Shown here piece by piece: positions 1 to 10,673 of a stretch of 64,000 bases of DNA (position 1 is its first letter; each line of letters opens with the position of its first letter). The notes under the pieces are model-generated. The model searched no databases. It was given only the letters and a program-made list of their open reading frames with translations, and had not been told where the DNA came from. Source of the stretch: an uncultured Eubacteriales bacterium (GTDB lineage: Bacteria; Acidobacteriota; Aminicenantia; Aminicenantales; Aminicenantaceae); contig CAYGBC010000039.1 of assembly GCA_964348015.1 (NCBI GenBank), positions 77,998-141,997 of the forward strand, written 5' to 3'. The translations under genes were made by a program, and so were the position numbers.

Positions 1-147
1 CTTTCTGAAGAAAACGAGAGACATCATCCTCAATTTAATCGGCCTTATCCTCCTTTTTTATGAACGTTATGCATGATGTCCCCGTTCATTCGCTCAAGAA
101 GGATCACGCTTGCCGACTTCATTCGGTCCTATCCGACCACCCTCGGC

Positions 148-177
148 TTGACAATAATTCAGGCAAGTCTATAGAAT
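148..177 (+). promoter_or_regulatory. candidate sigma70-type promoter for accA
   Basis: TTGACA at 148-153, 18-nt spacer, TAGAAT at 172-177, about 35 nt upstream of the accA ATG. Confidence 0.35.
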
Positions 178-212
178 AGACGGGTACTTTAGACCTGATA
201 TTATCCAAGCCG

Positions 213-1169
213 ATGAAAGAAGAAAAAGATTTCTACCAACTGGAAAAAGAGATTATCCTGCTCAAAGGAAAAATCGATGAACTTTTATTGAGTGAAGATC
301 CCAAGGACAGAGAAAAAATCCCCCCGATCAAGAAGAAGATTGAGAAGGAATGGGAAAAGATACACCCCCACCTCACTCCGCTCCACATCGTGCAGCTCGC
401 CCGTCATCCCAAGCGCCCGTACACATTGGATTACCTGGATTATTTGACCGAAGATTTCATGGAGATGCACGGCGACCGACGCGCGGGCGATGACCCCGCT
501 CTCGTGACAGGGTTCGGGTTCTACAGGGGTCGCACCGTGGCTTTTATCGGACACCAAAAAGGACGGACAACGCGGCAGAGGATTGAACGCAACTTTGGCC
601 AGCCCAACCCGGAAGGCTATCGGAAAGCGCTCAGAGTCATGAAATTGGCAGAAAAATTCGGGCATCCTGTCGTCACACTGATTGACACTCCCGGCGCCTA
701 TCCAGGAATCAGGGCCGAAGAGCAGGGCCAAGCCGAAGCCATCGCCTACAACCTGAAAGAGATCTCAAAGTTGAAAATTCCAGTGATCAACGTGGTTATC
801 GGTGAAGGCGGAAGTGGAGGCGCTCTGGCCGTGGGCGTGGGAGACGCCATCCTGATGCTGGAGTATTCCTTCTACTCCGTAATTTCTCCGGAAGGGTGTG
901 CAGCCATTCTCTGGAAAGACCAGGAGGCAACTTCCAAGGCTGCTTTGAGGTTGAAGATGGGGGCCAAAGACCTGAAGAAAATGGGGATTATCGAGAAGAT
1001 CATACCAGAACCGCCGGGAGGGGCACACATCGATTATGAACAGACTTTCAAGAATGTGGATAAAGTCTTGAATCAAGTCTTAAAGAAGCTGGAGTCGAAA
1101 TCTTCCGAGGCAAGGCTGGAAGAAAGATACGAGAAATTCCGGAAGATCGGGGTATTTTCAGAGAAATGA
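213..1169 (+). CDS. accA: acetyl-CoA carboxylase carboxyltransferase alpha subunit
   Basis: 318-aa ORF with AccA-type motifs (DTPGAYPG, GEGGSGGALA). Its stop overlaps the hisS start (ATGA at 1166-1169). Confidence 0.93.
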   Translation: MKEEKDFYQLEKEIILLKGKIDELLLSEDPKDREKIPPIKKKIEKEWEKIHPHLTPLHIVQLARHPKRPYTLDYLDYLTEDFMEMHGDRRAGDDPALVTGFGFYRGRTVAFIGHQKGRTTRQRIERNFGQPNPEGYRKALRVMKLAEKFGHPVVTLIDTPGAYPGIRAEEQGQAEAIAYNLKEISKLKIPVINVVIGEGGSGGALAVGVGDAILMLEYSFYSVISPEGCAAILWKDQEATSKAALRLKMGAKDLKKMGIIEKIIPEPPGGAHIDYEQTFKNVDKVLNQVLKKLESKSSEARLEERYEKFRKIGVFSEK

Positions 1170-2416
1170 AGAAGCGGATTCCTGCGATCAAAGGGACAAA
1201 GGATATACTGCCTCAAGAGGCCAAAATCTGGCAGGCGGTTGAAGCCGTAGTCAAGAGAGTGTGCGAACTCTATGGCTACAAAGAGATCAGGACTCCGGTC
1301 TTTGAGGCCACAGAACTCTTCGAGAAGGGAACGGGAGAGACATCGGATATCGTCATCAAGGAAATGTACACCTTCACGGATAAAGGAGGACGGTCCTTAA
1401 CCCTGCGGCCGGAATACACTCCTTCTGTGGTGCGGGCCATCATCGATCACCGGCTCAACCTGAAGCCCGACCCCCTGAGGTTTTACTTCATGGGGCCGAT
1501 GTTCCGCTACGACAAGCCTCAAAAAGGACGGTACCGCCAGTTTCATCAGTTGGACGTGGAAGTTTTCGCCGAACAGGATCCGGCTGTGGATGCAGAGCTT
1601 GTGGAGATGGCGGACTTCCTTCTCGAAGAACTCAAAGTTGCGGATACGGAAACCCTGGTGAATTCTGTCGGGTGTAAAAAATGCCGGCCGTCTTATATCA
1701 CGAAATTGAGAACGCAGGCGCAGAAGGAAAAACAGGAACTGTGCGAGGACTGCCAGAGGAAAGTACTCACCAATCCGTTGAGGATCTTTGACTGCAAAGT
1801 GGAGACGTGTCAGGACGTCGCAAAAAAATTTCCGATGATCACGGAGCATCTCTGCCAGGAATGTGAGGAACATTTCAAGCAGTTCTGCGCTTACCTGGAA
1901 TTTTTCGGATTAGAATACAGGATTGAGCCTCGGTTGGTTCGAGGGATTGATTATTACACCAAGACGACTTTTGAGATTGTCTCTGCCAAGCTTGGAGCGC
2001 AAGATGCGATTCTGGGCGGAGGGAGATATGATGATATGATGAAGGAATTCGGGGGGCCGGACATCTGCGGGATCGGGTTTGCGATGGGCTTAGAAAGGTT
2101 GCTGTCGGTCATCCCCAAAACTGAAAAGAAGGAGCCATTCCTGTATTTGGCGTATTTAGGGAAGAAGGCGAAAAAAACAGGTATGCTCCTGTCTCAGTTC
2201 CTGCGGAGAAAAGGGGTGGAATGCCTGATGGAGTACCGGGAAAAAAGCCTCAAAAGCCAGATGAGCCGGGCCAACAAACTCGGGGCCAGCTGGGTTTTGA
2301 TCGTTGGTGAAGACGAGGTGAAAAAGGGAAAATATCAACTCAAGAACATGACCACGGGCCAGCAGGAAGAAAAAACTCAGGAGGACATCCTGGAAGTCAT
2401 CCAGAAAGCTTCCTGA
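1166..2416 (+). CDS. hisS: histidyl-tRNA synthetase
   Basis: 416 aa with class II HisRS motifs (LRPEYTPS, FRYDKPQKGRYRQFHQ, GGGRYD). It has the Cys-rich insertion and C-terminal anticodon-binding domain typical of HisRS. Confidence 0.93.
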   Translation: MKKRIPAIKGTKDILPQEAKIWQAVEAVVKRVCELYGYKEIRTPVFEATELFEKGTGETSDIVIKEMYTFTDKGGRSLTLRPEYTPSVVRAIIDHRLNLKPDPLRFYFMGPMFRYDKPQKGRYRQFHQLDVEVFAEQDPAVDAELVEMADFLLEELKVADTETLVNSVGCKKCRPSYITKLRTQAQKEKQELCEDCQRKVLTNPLRIFDCKVETCQDVAKKFPMITEHLCQECEEHFKQFCAYLEFFGLEYRIEPRLVRGIDYYTKTTFEIVSAKLGAQDAILGGGRYDDMMKEFGGPDICGIGFAMGLERLLSVIPKTEKKEPFLYLAYLGKKAKKTGMLLSQFLRRKGVECLMEYREKSLKSQMSRANKLGASWVLIVGEDEVKKGKYQLKNMTTGQQEEKTQEDILEVIQKAS

Positions 2417-2449
2417 ATAATATGAGAAGTCCCCAACAAGGTTGATTCC

Positions 2450-4216
2450 ATGAATGCAGATAAACCTTCAACATGGAAGCGCACTGTCTACTGCGGAGAG
2501 GTCCGGCCGGAACACACCGGGCAGGAGGTCACACTTTTTGGCTGGGTCAACAGACAACGAGACATGGGAAATCTGGTTTTTATCGACCTCAGAGACAGAG
2601 AAGGTGTGGTTCAGGTGGTTGTGACCTCTGACAATCCGGCTCTCCTGGATGAAGCGAAAAAGATCCGGATGGAAAACGTCCTGGCCGTGAAGGGAACGGT
2701 GAAAGAAAGAGATGAAAAATCTCGGAACCCGCAGCTGCCGACCGGGGACGTCGAAGTGTTGGCGAAGGCATTGAAAGTCTTGAGCGTATCCAAAGTCCCT
2801 CCGTTTGTCATCGCCGATCCTCCCCAGGCATCGGAGGAACTGCGCTTTAAATACAGGTATATGGATATGAGACGGCCTTCCATGCAGCGCAGCATCAAAC
2901 TCCGGCACAAGGCTGCGCTCGCCGCCAGGAATTTTCTGAGCCAAAACGGTTTTTTGGAGATAGAAACTCCGTTTTTGACAAAGTCCACGCCAGAAGGAGC
3001 CAGGGATTATCTCGTTCCCAGCCGGGAGTATAAAGGAAGGTTTTATGCTCTTCCGCAGTCTCCTCAGATTTTCAAGCAGCTGTTGATGATATCTGGATTT
3101 GACCGGTATTTTCAAATCGTGCGGTGTTTTCGTGACGAAGATTTCCGGGCTGACCGTCAGGCGGAGTTCACGCAGATCGATATCGAGATGAGCTTCATCG
3201 AGCGCGAGGACCTCTTTAACTTGGTGGAAGCGATGATGGCTTCTGTGTTCGAGCTCGTCGGGGTCAAACCCGATCAGCCTTTTCCTCGTTTCTCGTATGA
3301 GGAGAGCATGGAGAGATTCGGGACGGATAAGCCTGACCTGCGATCGGAGATAGAAATTGTCGACCTGACCGAAGTCGGGGCAAAGCTGGAGTCGAGTCTT
3401 ATCAAAGATGCGGTATCCAAGGGTGGAGTGTTGAAGGGATTGAGGGCAGAGAAGAGAGGCGGCCTTTCCCGCGGACAGCTCGATAAGATCGATCAAAAAG
3501 CCAAGAAGCTGGGAGGGAAGGGAATCATCTGGATCAAGAAGCCGGATGGCTTCAAATCGTCTCTCAAACTGGACGAAAAGAGCTTCAACCTCATCTGGAG
3601 CACGCTAGAGGGCCAGGCCGAAGACTTGGTTTTACTGGTTGCGGATGAAAAAGATGTGGCCCTGAGAGTGCTTGGTGGGGTCAGAGCGGATTTTGTGGCC
3701 CAACAGAAAGGGGATCAGAAGCTCTTCAAATTTGCATGGATCACGGATTTCCCCCTTTTCGAGTGGAGTGAGGAAGAGAAACGTCTCGTTTCCATGCACC
3801 ATCCCTTTACCTCGCCGCATGAATCTGACCTGGATTTTCTGGAGAAGGAACCGCTCAAGGTCCGGGCCAAGGCGTACGACCTGGTTCTCAACGGGTTTGA
3901 GATCGGAGGAGGCTCCGTCCGAATCCACGACCTTGACCTTCAAGGAAGGATCTTTAAGCTCCTCGGTTTGAGCGAGAAAGAAACCACAGAGAAGTTCGGG
4001 TTTTTCCTGGAAGCCCTCGCCTACGGAGCCCCTCCTCACGGTGGAATCGCCATGGGATTTGACCGAATCGTGATGCTCCTCGCTGGAGAAGAGTCTATTC
4101 GGGACGTCATTCCCTTCCCCAAGACCACAAGTGCCTTGTGCTTGTTGACAGGTTCCCCTGCAGAAGTGGGCTCGAAGCAGCTCAAAGACCTCGGGCTGAA
4201 GAAAATAAAGGAATAG
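2450..4216 (+). CDS. aspS: aspartyl-tRNA synthetase (bacterial type)
   Basis: 588 aa with an N-terminal OB fold, FRDEDFRADRQAEFTQID (motif 2), GGGSVRIH and PPHGGIAMGFDR (motif 3). Confidence 0.94.
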   Translation: MNADKPSTWKRTVYCGEVRPEHTGQEVTLFGWVNRQRDMGNLVFIDLRDREGVVQVVVTSDNPALLDEAKKIRMENVLAVKGTVKERDEKSRNPQLPTGDVEVLAKALKVLSVSKVPPFVIADPPQASEELRFKYRYMDMRRPSMQRSIKLRHKAALAARNFLSQNGFLEIETPFLTKSTPEGARDYLVPSREYKGRFYALPQSPQIFKQLLMISGFDRYFQIVRCFRDEDFRADRQAEFTQIDIEMSFIEREDLFNLVEAMMASVFELVGVKPDQPFPRFSYEESMERFGTDKPDLRSEIEIVDLTEVGAKLESSLIKDAVSKGGVLKGLRAEKRGGLSRGQLDKIDQKAKKLGGKGIIWIKKPDGFKSSLKLDEKSFNLIWSTLEGQAEDLVLLVADEKDVALRVLGGVRADFVAQQKGDQKLFKFAWITDFPLFEWSEEEKRLVSMHHPFTSPHESDLDFLEKEPLKVRAKAYDLVLNGFEIGGGSVRIHDLDLQGRIFKLLGLSEKETTEKFGFFLEALAYGAPPHGGIAMGFDRIVMLLAGEESIRDVIPFPKTTSALCLLTGSPAEVGSKQLKDLGLKKIKE

Positions 4217-4386
4217 GTTTTTAAGCTTGACTGTGATAATAATAAAGGACTCTTCAAGATATTAAAAAAGGGGAGTTCTGCTGCAAAGTATTTGAACGGA
4301 CGATACCCTCTTCCTGCAATAATCAGAATAATAATCAGGGAGGGAGATAGAAAATAAATGCAAATAATTTTAAGGAGGTAAACAGC

Positions 4387-5892
4387 ATGCGCTTGAAAAA
4401 AGAAATTCTATTCAGGCTGGTGTTCTTCTTCGCGGTCGTCTCCGCATTCAACCTGCTTCTTCTTTCCCAGACCTTCGACGCGATCAAGAACCGGGTGAGA
4501 GTTCATGTTCTGGAGAACGGGATGAAGTTTGTCGTCCTCTCACGGCATGAAGCTCCGGTTGTCTCCTTTCACGTGTATGCGGACGTGGGAAGCGCCAATG
4601 AGTCCTACGGGATCACGGGCATCTCTCACCTCCTGGAACACATGGCATTCAAGGGCACAAGGACTGTCGGCACCAATGACTATGAAGCCGAAAAGAAGAT
4701 CCTCAAGGAGATGGACGCTCTGTATGAAGAGATCAAGCGGGAAAAGGCCAAAACAGCCCCGGATGACGAAAAACTCAAGGAAACGGAAAAGAGGTTTGAG
4801 GCTTTGCGTATTCAGGCAAAGGGATACGTCGTGAGCAATGACCTGATCGACATGATGCGCAGAGAGGGCGATCGTGGGATCAACGCTTACACCAGCAATG
4901 ACGCCACTCAGTACATCGACAGCCTTCCCTCGAACAAGTTGGAGTTCTGGATGGCCGTGACTTCCGACAGATTCCTCAATCCTGTATTTCGTGAATTTTA
5001 TAAAGAGAGAGACGTGGTCATGGAAGAAAGGCGTTTGGGCCTGGAAACCCGGCCGATAGGAAGGCTGGTTGAGGATTTTCTGGCCACAGCCTTCAAGGCA
5101 CATCCCTATCACCATTCCGTAGTCGGCCATATGTCGGATTTAAGAAATATCTCCCGTAAAGATGTGGAAGAGTACTTTAAAAGGTTTTACGGCCCGAGCA
5201 ACCTGACTGTCGGAATTGTGGGAGACGTGCAGGCTGATGAGGTGTTCAAGATGGCCAAAATCTACTTTGGCCGGATTCCCAGCGGCCCAAAGCCAGAACC
5301 CGTAAGGACAGAAGAGCCCGAACAATGGGGAGAACGGCGGGTTATCGTGGAGGCCAAGTCCCAGCCCATGCTTCTCTTCGGCTATCACCGCCCCAATTTC
5401 CGACACAAAGACAGCGCTCCCTTGGAAGCGTTGGCCAATATCATGGGCCAGGGGCGGTCTTCGAGACTTTATAGAGTATTAGTCAAGGAGAATAAGGTGG
5501 CGGTCGCGGCGCAGAGTTTCAACGGCTTTCCCGGTGAAAAGTTCTCGAACCTGATCGCTTTCTTTGCTGTGCCGGCACAGGGAAAAACGTCGGCCGAATG
5601 CCTGGCACTCATAGAGGAGGAGGTCGAAAAGATAAAAACGGAGTCTGTCACTCCTGAGGAGTTGACAAAATTCAAGAGAAACGAGATCAAGGGCTTTTTG
5701 TCTCAGATGAAATCCAACTCCAGCATGGCGGCCCTCTTGACTTATGCGGATGTCGTACTCGGAGATTGGCAGCTTCTGTTTGACCGGGTCCAAGAGATCA
5801 GCGCGGTCACCGCGGGGGACATCAAGCGTGTGGCTAACACCTACCTGATCAAGAAGCAGAGGACGGTCGGCGAGATTGTCTATGCCAAATAA
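4387..5892 (+). CDS. M16 (pitrilysin/insulinase) family zinc peptidase, exported, catalytic subunit
   Basis: 501 aa with a hydrophobic N-terminus and the HxxEH inverted zinc motif (HLLEHMAFKG). AAGGAGG lies upstream of the ATG. Confidence 0.85.
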   Translation: MRLKKEILFRLVFFFAVVSAFNLLLLSQTFDAIKNRVRVHVLENGMKFVVLSRHEAPVVSFHVYADVGSANESYGITGISHLLEHMAFKGTRTVGTNDYEAEKKILKEMDALYEEIKREKAKTAPDDEKLKETEKRFEALRIQAKGYVVSNDLIDMMRREGDRGINAYTSNDATQYIDSLPSNKLEFWMAVTSDRFLNPVFREFYKERDVVMEERRLGLETRPIGRLVEDFLATAFKAHPYHHSVVGHMSDLRNISRKDVEEYFKRFYGPSNLTVGIVGDVQADEVFKMAKIYFGRIPSGPKPEPVRTEEPEQWGERRVIVEAKSQPMLLFGYHRPNFRHKDSAPLEALANIMGQGRSSRLYRVLVKENKVAVAAQSFNGFPGEKFSNLIAFFAVPAQGKTSAECLALIEEEVEKIKTESVTPEELTKFKRNEIKGFLSQMKSNSSMAALLTYADVVLGDWQLLFDRVQEISAVTAGDIKRVANTYLIKKQRTVGEIVYAK

Positions 5893-5904
5893 AGAAAGGG
5901 AAAA

Positions 5905-7371
5905 ATGATGATGAAACATAAAAGACTGTTCAAGGCGTGTTCTGTAGTCTTTATTTTGATTTTTCTGTCCGGGCTTTCCCTCTTTGCGCAGAAAAATCCC
6001 AAGGAGAAGTTTGACTTTCCTCAGCTGAATCCGATCAAAATGCCCAAGGTGGAAACCGTTAAACTGAAGAACGGACTCAAGCTCTTTTTGGTAGAAGACC
6101 ATGAATATCCGACAATCGATATAAGAGCTATGGTTCATGTCGGTTCCGTTTTTGAACCGGCTGCCAAGATCGGACTGGCTTCCATAACCGGGCAGGTCCT
6201 CCGGACGGGCGGCACATCATCGATGACAGGCGATGAGATCGACAAGGAACTGGAGACTCTGGCCGCCACAATATCGACGGGTATCGGTAAAGCGTCAGGT
6301 TACATCGGAGTTTCCGTCCTGAGCGAAGACATCGATAGGGCACTCGAAATTCTGGCTGATATTCTGATGAATCCGGCTTTTGCGGAGGATAAGATCCGGC
6401 TGGCCCAGATCCAGGAGCGAACAGCCATCGCCCGGAGGAATGATGATATCGGGCAGATCTCAAACCGCGAGTTCTACAAGATTATCTTCGGGAAAGACAG
6501 CCCCTATGCGCGTCACACCGAATATGACACGATTGCGGCGATTACCAGAGCTGATATTGTGGACTTCTATGAGAAATACTTTCACCCGAACAACATCCTG
6601 ATGGCCGCATGGGGAGATTTCGACAGTAAAGAGATGGCGGCCCAGATCAGGAGAAATCTGGGGAAATGGAAAGCCGCCGAGGTCAATGTTCCCACTCTGC
6701 CCGAAGTCGAATATGAGTTTAAACCGACGGTCAACCTGATCCACAAGGAGGATGTGAATCAGTCTCACATCCTGCTTGGGCACATCGGAGGCTTGCTCAG
6801 CAATCCCGATTACCCCGCCCTGAGCGTCATGAACTCCATTCTATCTTTTGACCGGATGTTCAAGAAGATCAGGACGGACGAGGGCCTTGCGTACAGTGTC
6901 TGGGGAAGCTACGGCGCCAATTTTCTGGCTCCCGGAGTCTTCAGCTGCGGAGCTCAGACGAAATCCGAGTCGACTGTCTATGCGATAGGTCTTATGATCA
7001 AAGAATTAGAGCGCATCAGAGGAGAGGAAGTGACTGATGAGGAGCTTTCCAAGGCCAAGGACCAGTATCTGAATTCCTTTGTATTCAATTTTTCGAGTCG
7101 TGCGCAGGTCGTCAACAGGATGATGACCTACGAATTCTTCGGTTACCCGCTTGATTTTATGGACAGAGTCAAGAAAGGAGTGGAGAAAGTCTCGAAGAGG
7201 GATGTGCTGCGAGTGGCCCGGAAATACTTGCATCCGGATAAAGTCCGGATCCTTGTTGTCGGGAAAGAGGAGGATTTTGACAAGCCTCTCTCAACGCTGG
7301 GAGAGGTCCATGTTATCGATATCCAGATTCCTTCCTTGACGCCCAAGAAGAAGCCCTCGAACAAAAAGTAG
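5905..7371 (+). CDS. M16 family peptidase-like protein, probably the non-catalytic partner
   Basis: 488 aa with a signal peptide (…LSLFAQK) and M16-like length and layout, but I see no HxxEH motif. It starts 12 nt after the preceding M16 gene. Confidence 0.75.
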   Translation: MMMKHKRLFKACSVVFILIFLSGLSLFAQKNPKEKFDFPQLNPIKMPKVETVKLKNGLKLFLVEDHEYPTIDIRAMVHVGSVFEPAAKIGLASITGQVLRTGGTSSMTGDEIDKELETLAATISTGIGKASGYIGVSVLSEDIDRALEILADILMNPAFAEDKIRLAQIQERTAIARRNDDIGQISNREFYKIIFGKDSPYARHTEYDTIAAITRADIVDFYEKYFHPNNILMAAWGDFDSKEMAAQIRRNLGKWKAAEVNVPTLPEVEYEFKPTVNLIHKEDVNQSHILLGHIGGLLSNPDYPALSVMNSILSFDRMFKKIRTDEGLAYSVWGSYGANFLAPGVFSCGAQTKSESTVYAIGLMIKELERIRGEEVTDEELSKAKDQYLNSFVFNFSSRAQVVNRMMTYEFFGYPLDFMDRVKKGVEKVSKRDVLRVARKYLHPDKVRILVVGKEEDFDKPLSTLGEVHVIDIQIPSLTPKKKPSNKK

Positions 7372-7417
7372 GAAGTTGCGGGGATTCAGAAGACACGGGT
7401 AAATTTTCGCTGAGATT

Positions 7418-8020
7418 TCAAGAAAATTCATGCTTTTTTTCCATGAAGACCGCATACAGATGCCTCTTCTTCCGTGAGAAAGGCTCGATGTGAACAGAAT
7501 CTTTAATGAAGTAAATGTCGAAGCCCGCTGAAAAATAAGCGCGGATTTCTTTTTTGGACAGATTCTTTTTATCCGGGGGATTTTTGTCGCTGAAACACAG
7601 AAGATAGAACTTTCCCTGCGGCTTTAAGGAATTGGAAATGAGCCTTATGTATTTGGGCTTATTCCGCTTGGATATATGGTGGAAGCACCCTCTATCCAGC
7701 GCAAAGTCGAATTTCTGTTCCAGTTTTAGTTTTAAGACATCCCCCGTGAAGTAATCGCACCGGACATTCCTTTTCCTGCAGCGCTCTTTGGCAATCTTGA
7801 CAGCCGTGGGCGAGATGTCGATACCCATGACCCTGAATCCCTTTGAAGCGAGATAGATGGAATTTGTTCCGTCACCCGAACACAGGTCCAGAACAGTCCC
7901 CTTTTTAATTTTATTTTCTTTGACCAACCGGACGAGATACCTATCTGGCTGGCCGGAGTGCCAAGGGATTTTCTCCAGGCTGTAATTTTTATAAAAATCA
8001 TCCCATCGTTTTTCACTCAT
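7418..8020 (-). CDS. class I SAM-dependent methyltransferase
   Basis: 200 aa with SAM-binding motif I VLDLCSGDGTNS followed by MGIDIS. It starts 28 nt downstream of the kinase-like membrane protein gene. Confidence 0.8.
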   Translation of the reverse strand: MSEKRWDDFYKNYSLEKIPWHSGQPDRYLVRLVKENKIKKGTVLDLCSGDGTNSIYLASKGFRVMGIDISPTAVKIAKERCRKRNVRCDYFTGDVLKLKLEQKFDFALDRGCFHHISKRNKPKYIRLISNSLKPQGKFYLLCFSDKNPPDKKNLSKKEIRAYFSAGFDIYFIKDSVHIEPFSRKKRHLYAVFMEKKHEFS

Positions 8021-8048
8021 TTTGGCTGTCTCCTGATCGTTCTTGCCC

Positions 8049-10613
8049 TTATCTCCTCTGTGTGCATCGGCGGGATTGCGAGGCCTTGACCGGCCTTGTT
8101 TCAGTGATGAACGTTCCGGCTGAGGCCAATATCATGAAAACAAAGATTCTCCACAAAGCGACAGGGGCTATCTGGCCCATGAGTTGAAGAACGGTGAGGA
8201 TCTCTCCTCCCTCAGACGTTAGGAAAAAACTCAGCAGAACATTAAATGTCGTATACAGCAGTCCGATCAAGGCTCCACAGAGAACGCCCATCCCTATTCT
8301 TCTGGAAAGAGAGACTCCCCCGGCCCAAGCTGTTGTGGCGGCCGCTGCAACAGCAGGGATCCAGAGAGCCAGCCACCATATGTCTCCAAAGCGGGGAATT
8401 TGGCCGATCAGTTTGTAGTGAATCATATCCACCGAGGCCAGCAGAAGAGCTCCTCCCAGTGCGCATAGAGGAACGTGCCAGCCTCTTGGTTTTAGGGCCG
8501 AACGGAGTTCCCTCCGTTCACGGATGCGGCGGCGGACATTCAGCGGGAAGTTGTAAAAAAGGTCAAAGACCGCATGCTCGAGCAGAGCACCTCTTTCTCC
8601 AAAAACGGGCACGATGTGCACTGCCCCTGTGGCCCAGTGGCCGGCCATGAAGCGGGCCAGGTCCGGGTAACGGTAAGCCATCTGGATCGGGAAGGCCAGG
8701 TAGCCGATGTACTTGAAAAAACTGAGAAAGAACGCGATATTGTAGTCTTTGAAATTCTTTTCCCTCAAAACGAGCGCGGTCACATAGAGCCCTCGGACGA
8801 GCGAGCCTGGAGAGACGGGAGTGACCTGAAAGAGTCCGAGAATGATCCCTGCGTGCAGGGAGGCTTGCTGCCAGGAGAGTTCAGGATGCAGCCGGATGTA
8901 GATCAGAGCGACTGCGACTGAGACAATCTGGGTCACCGGAACGGTGCACACATGGACAGCAAGACTTTTCAGATACTTCTGGATGAAAGGTTCTTTAATC
9001 TGGGAGTTGATGTGCGCGGCTTCTGTGCGAGTCAGCATGCCGCTCTTCTCTCCCTGGGATACAGTCTCTTGCAGCCACTTCTCTCGGGCCTCAGGCTTGA
9101 AGTAGAGACGCAGAGGTCGGGCGAAAATGTTATCCAGGGAACGCAGGAAGAATCGGCGATCTGAGAAGAAGCGGTGCATTTTGGCCGGGAGGATGGAGAG
9201 AGGCAGGTGAGAAAAAAATCTCGAAGGGTGCTCGGCCAGCCTCTGCGCGCGCCATTCGTCCACGCGCCCTGCCCGGTGCCAGCGTATGAGCGTTTCCGCG
9301 ATCCTGGCTTTCACGGCGCGCCTGAAATAGGGGAAGCGGGTCAGAATGCGGCCGTAATGCCGTCTGATATCCTTTTGTCCGCACAGCTTCCTGATAAAGT
9401 TTCCCAGGAACGGAAGAAGCCCCAAGAGATAAAGCCAGATAGTCAGGAATTTTCTCTCTGGCAGTTTTTTTGCTGTGTCCTCGTCAACGATGTTGCGGAC
9501 CTCCCAGCTTTGGATGCTGCTCTTCAGGATGGATGACCATAACCGAGGCCGAAAGAGCAGCTTTAAATGATGATGCGATATGTCAGGCAGAGACTCCCGG
9601 TAACGTTTTTCTGTCTTTGTGAGTTCTTCAAATCCCTCGTCCATGCCCGTAAATGCCCCCGGATGGGCTTCCTCAAAGCTCCGGAGCCGGTCTCTGTTGC
9701 CCCGATCGAACTGGACAAGGCTTCCTCGTGCTATGCCCTTGACAATGAGCTTGAAATCTACCGGGCTCATCGGAAGGAAAAGGTGAAGAGCCAGGCCAGC
9801 CCGAAAGTCCACGGCCACGTGTCCCCTGGCCGGATCGGGATCATACGCAGTCCTCTTGAGGACGTTGGGCTGGCTTTTGCAGGTCCACCATTCGTACTGT
9901 CTGGCGAGTTCAACCGCTCCCATCTCGTGCATCAGTTGGACCAAGCGTTTCATCAGGGTTCGTTTCGCACGAAACTCTGGGGATCCCAGCGCGTCATCCG
10001 GGTCTCCCGGCTTCCATTTTTTCCGAGCATCCAGGTTGTCATCCGCTTCGAGGCGCCACAGGCGGCCGTCGATCCACTCGCTGAGTTCTCCGCAACTCCC
10101 GAGTGAAGAGTCAATGAATGTAGCCAGGATGTCCACCACAGCGTCTTCGGAACCGAGAGAGAGCTTTGCCCCACGCCGGATGAACTTCTGCCACAGGGCG
10201 CCGGCTCTGACCGCATCTGGATTGACCTGGAGTGAGAAGGGGCCTTGAAAGCCCGCCGCGTAGATGATATTCCGGAAGAATTTTGCAAACCCGGAGGGAG
10301 GAATAAAGATCTTCATCGCGTAAGACAGACCCGATGAAATACCCTCGACCTGTCCCTTAAGGGATTTGATCTCTTTGACTTTGACCCTGTACACCTGGCC
10401 GGCAAATCCTCCGCCCACAAACTCTTCGACCTCTAATTTCAGCCGAGCGGTCCCCGCCGGTATCACACCCTGGATTTCATAAGTGAGTTCTGTGCCGGGA
10501 TCATACCGTTGCACACGAAAAGCGCGGAGGATCTTCTGGTTTTGAAAGAATTTTTCGAGTTCCCGGCAGGTTTGTATCGAGTATTCAGCTTTCATTCCTG
10601 ATGCCCTTATCAA
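8049..10613 (-). CDS. uncharacterised fusion protein: N-terminal protein-kinase-like domain plus C-terminal polytopic (about 8-9 TM) membrane domain
   Basis: 854-aa ORF. The track start at 10613 is TTG and the first ATG is at 10595. Kinase-like features are GGGFAGQVY (Gly loop), YAMKIF (Lys), ELSEWIDG (hinge-like), CKSQPN and DFR. The C-terminal half has many long hydrophobic segments. Confidence 0.6.
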   Translation of the reverse strand: MIRASGMKAEYSIQTCRELEKFFQNQKILRAFRVQRYDPGTELTYEIQGVIPAGTARLKLEVEEFVGGGFAGQVYRVKVKEIKSLKGQVEGISSGLSYAMKIFIPPSGFAKFFRNIIYAAGFQGPFSLQVNPDAVRAGALWQKFIRRGAKLSLGSEDAVVDILATFIDSSLGSCGELSEWIDGRLWRLEADDNLDARKKWKPGDPDDALGSPEFRAKRTLMKRLVQLMHEMGAVELARQYEWWTCKSQPNVLKRTAYDPDPARGHVAVDFRAGLALHLFLPMSPVDFKLIVKGIARGSLVQFDRGNRDRLRSFEEAHPGAFTGMDEGFEELTKTEKRYRESLPDISHHHLKLLFRPRLWSSILKSSIQSWEVRNIVDEDTAKKLPERKFLTIWLYLLGLLPFLGNFIRKLCGQKDIRRHYGRILTRFPYFRRAVKARIAETLIRWHRAGRVDEWRAQRLAEHPSRFFSHLPLSILPAKMHRFFSDRRFFLRSLDNIFARPLRLYFKPEAREKWLQETVSQGEKSGMLTRTEAAHINSQIKEPFIQKYLKSLAVHVCTVPVTQIVSVAVALIYIRLHPELSWQQASLHAGIILGLFQVTPVSPGSLVRGLYVTALVLREKNFKDYNIAFFLSFFKYIGYLAFPIQMAYRYPDLARFMAGHWATGAVHIVPVFGERGALLEHAVFDLFYNFPLNVRRRIRERRELRSALKPRGWHVPLCALGGALLLASVDMIHYKLIGQIPRFGDIWWLALWIPAVAAAATTAWAGGVSLSRRIGMGVLCGALIGLLYTTFNVLLSFFLTSEGGEILTVLQLMGQIAPVALWRIFVFMILASAGTFITETRPVKASQSRRCTQRR

Positions 10614-10673
10614 GGCTGGAGTCTTGTCCTGGGGTGTGTTCCAATTGGTTCGTTTCCGTTTTCTAAAGAGAAG

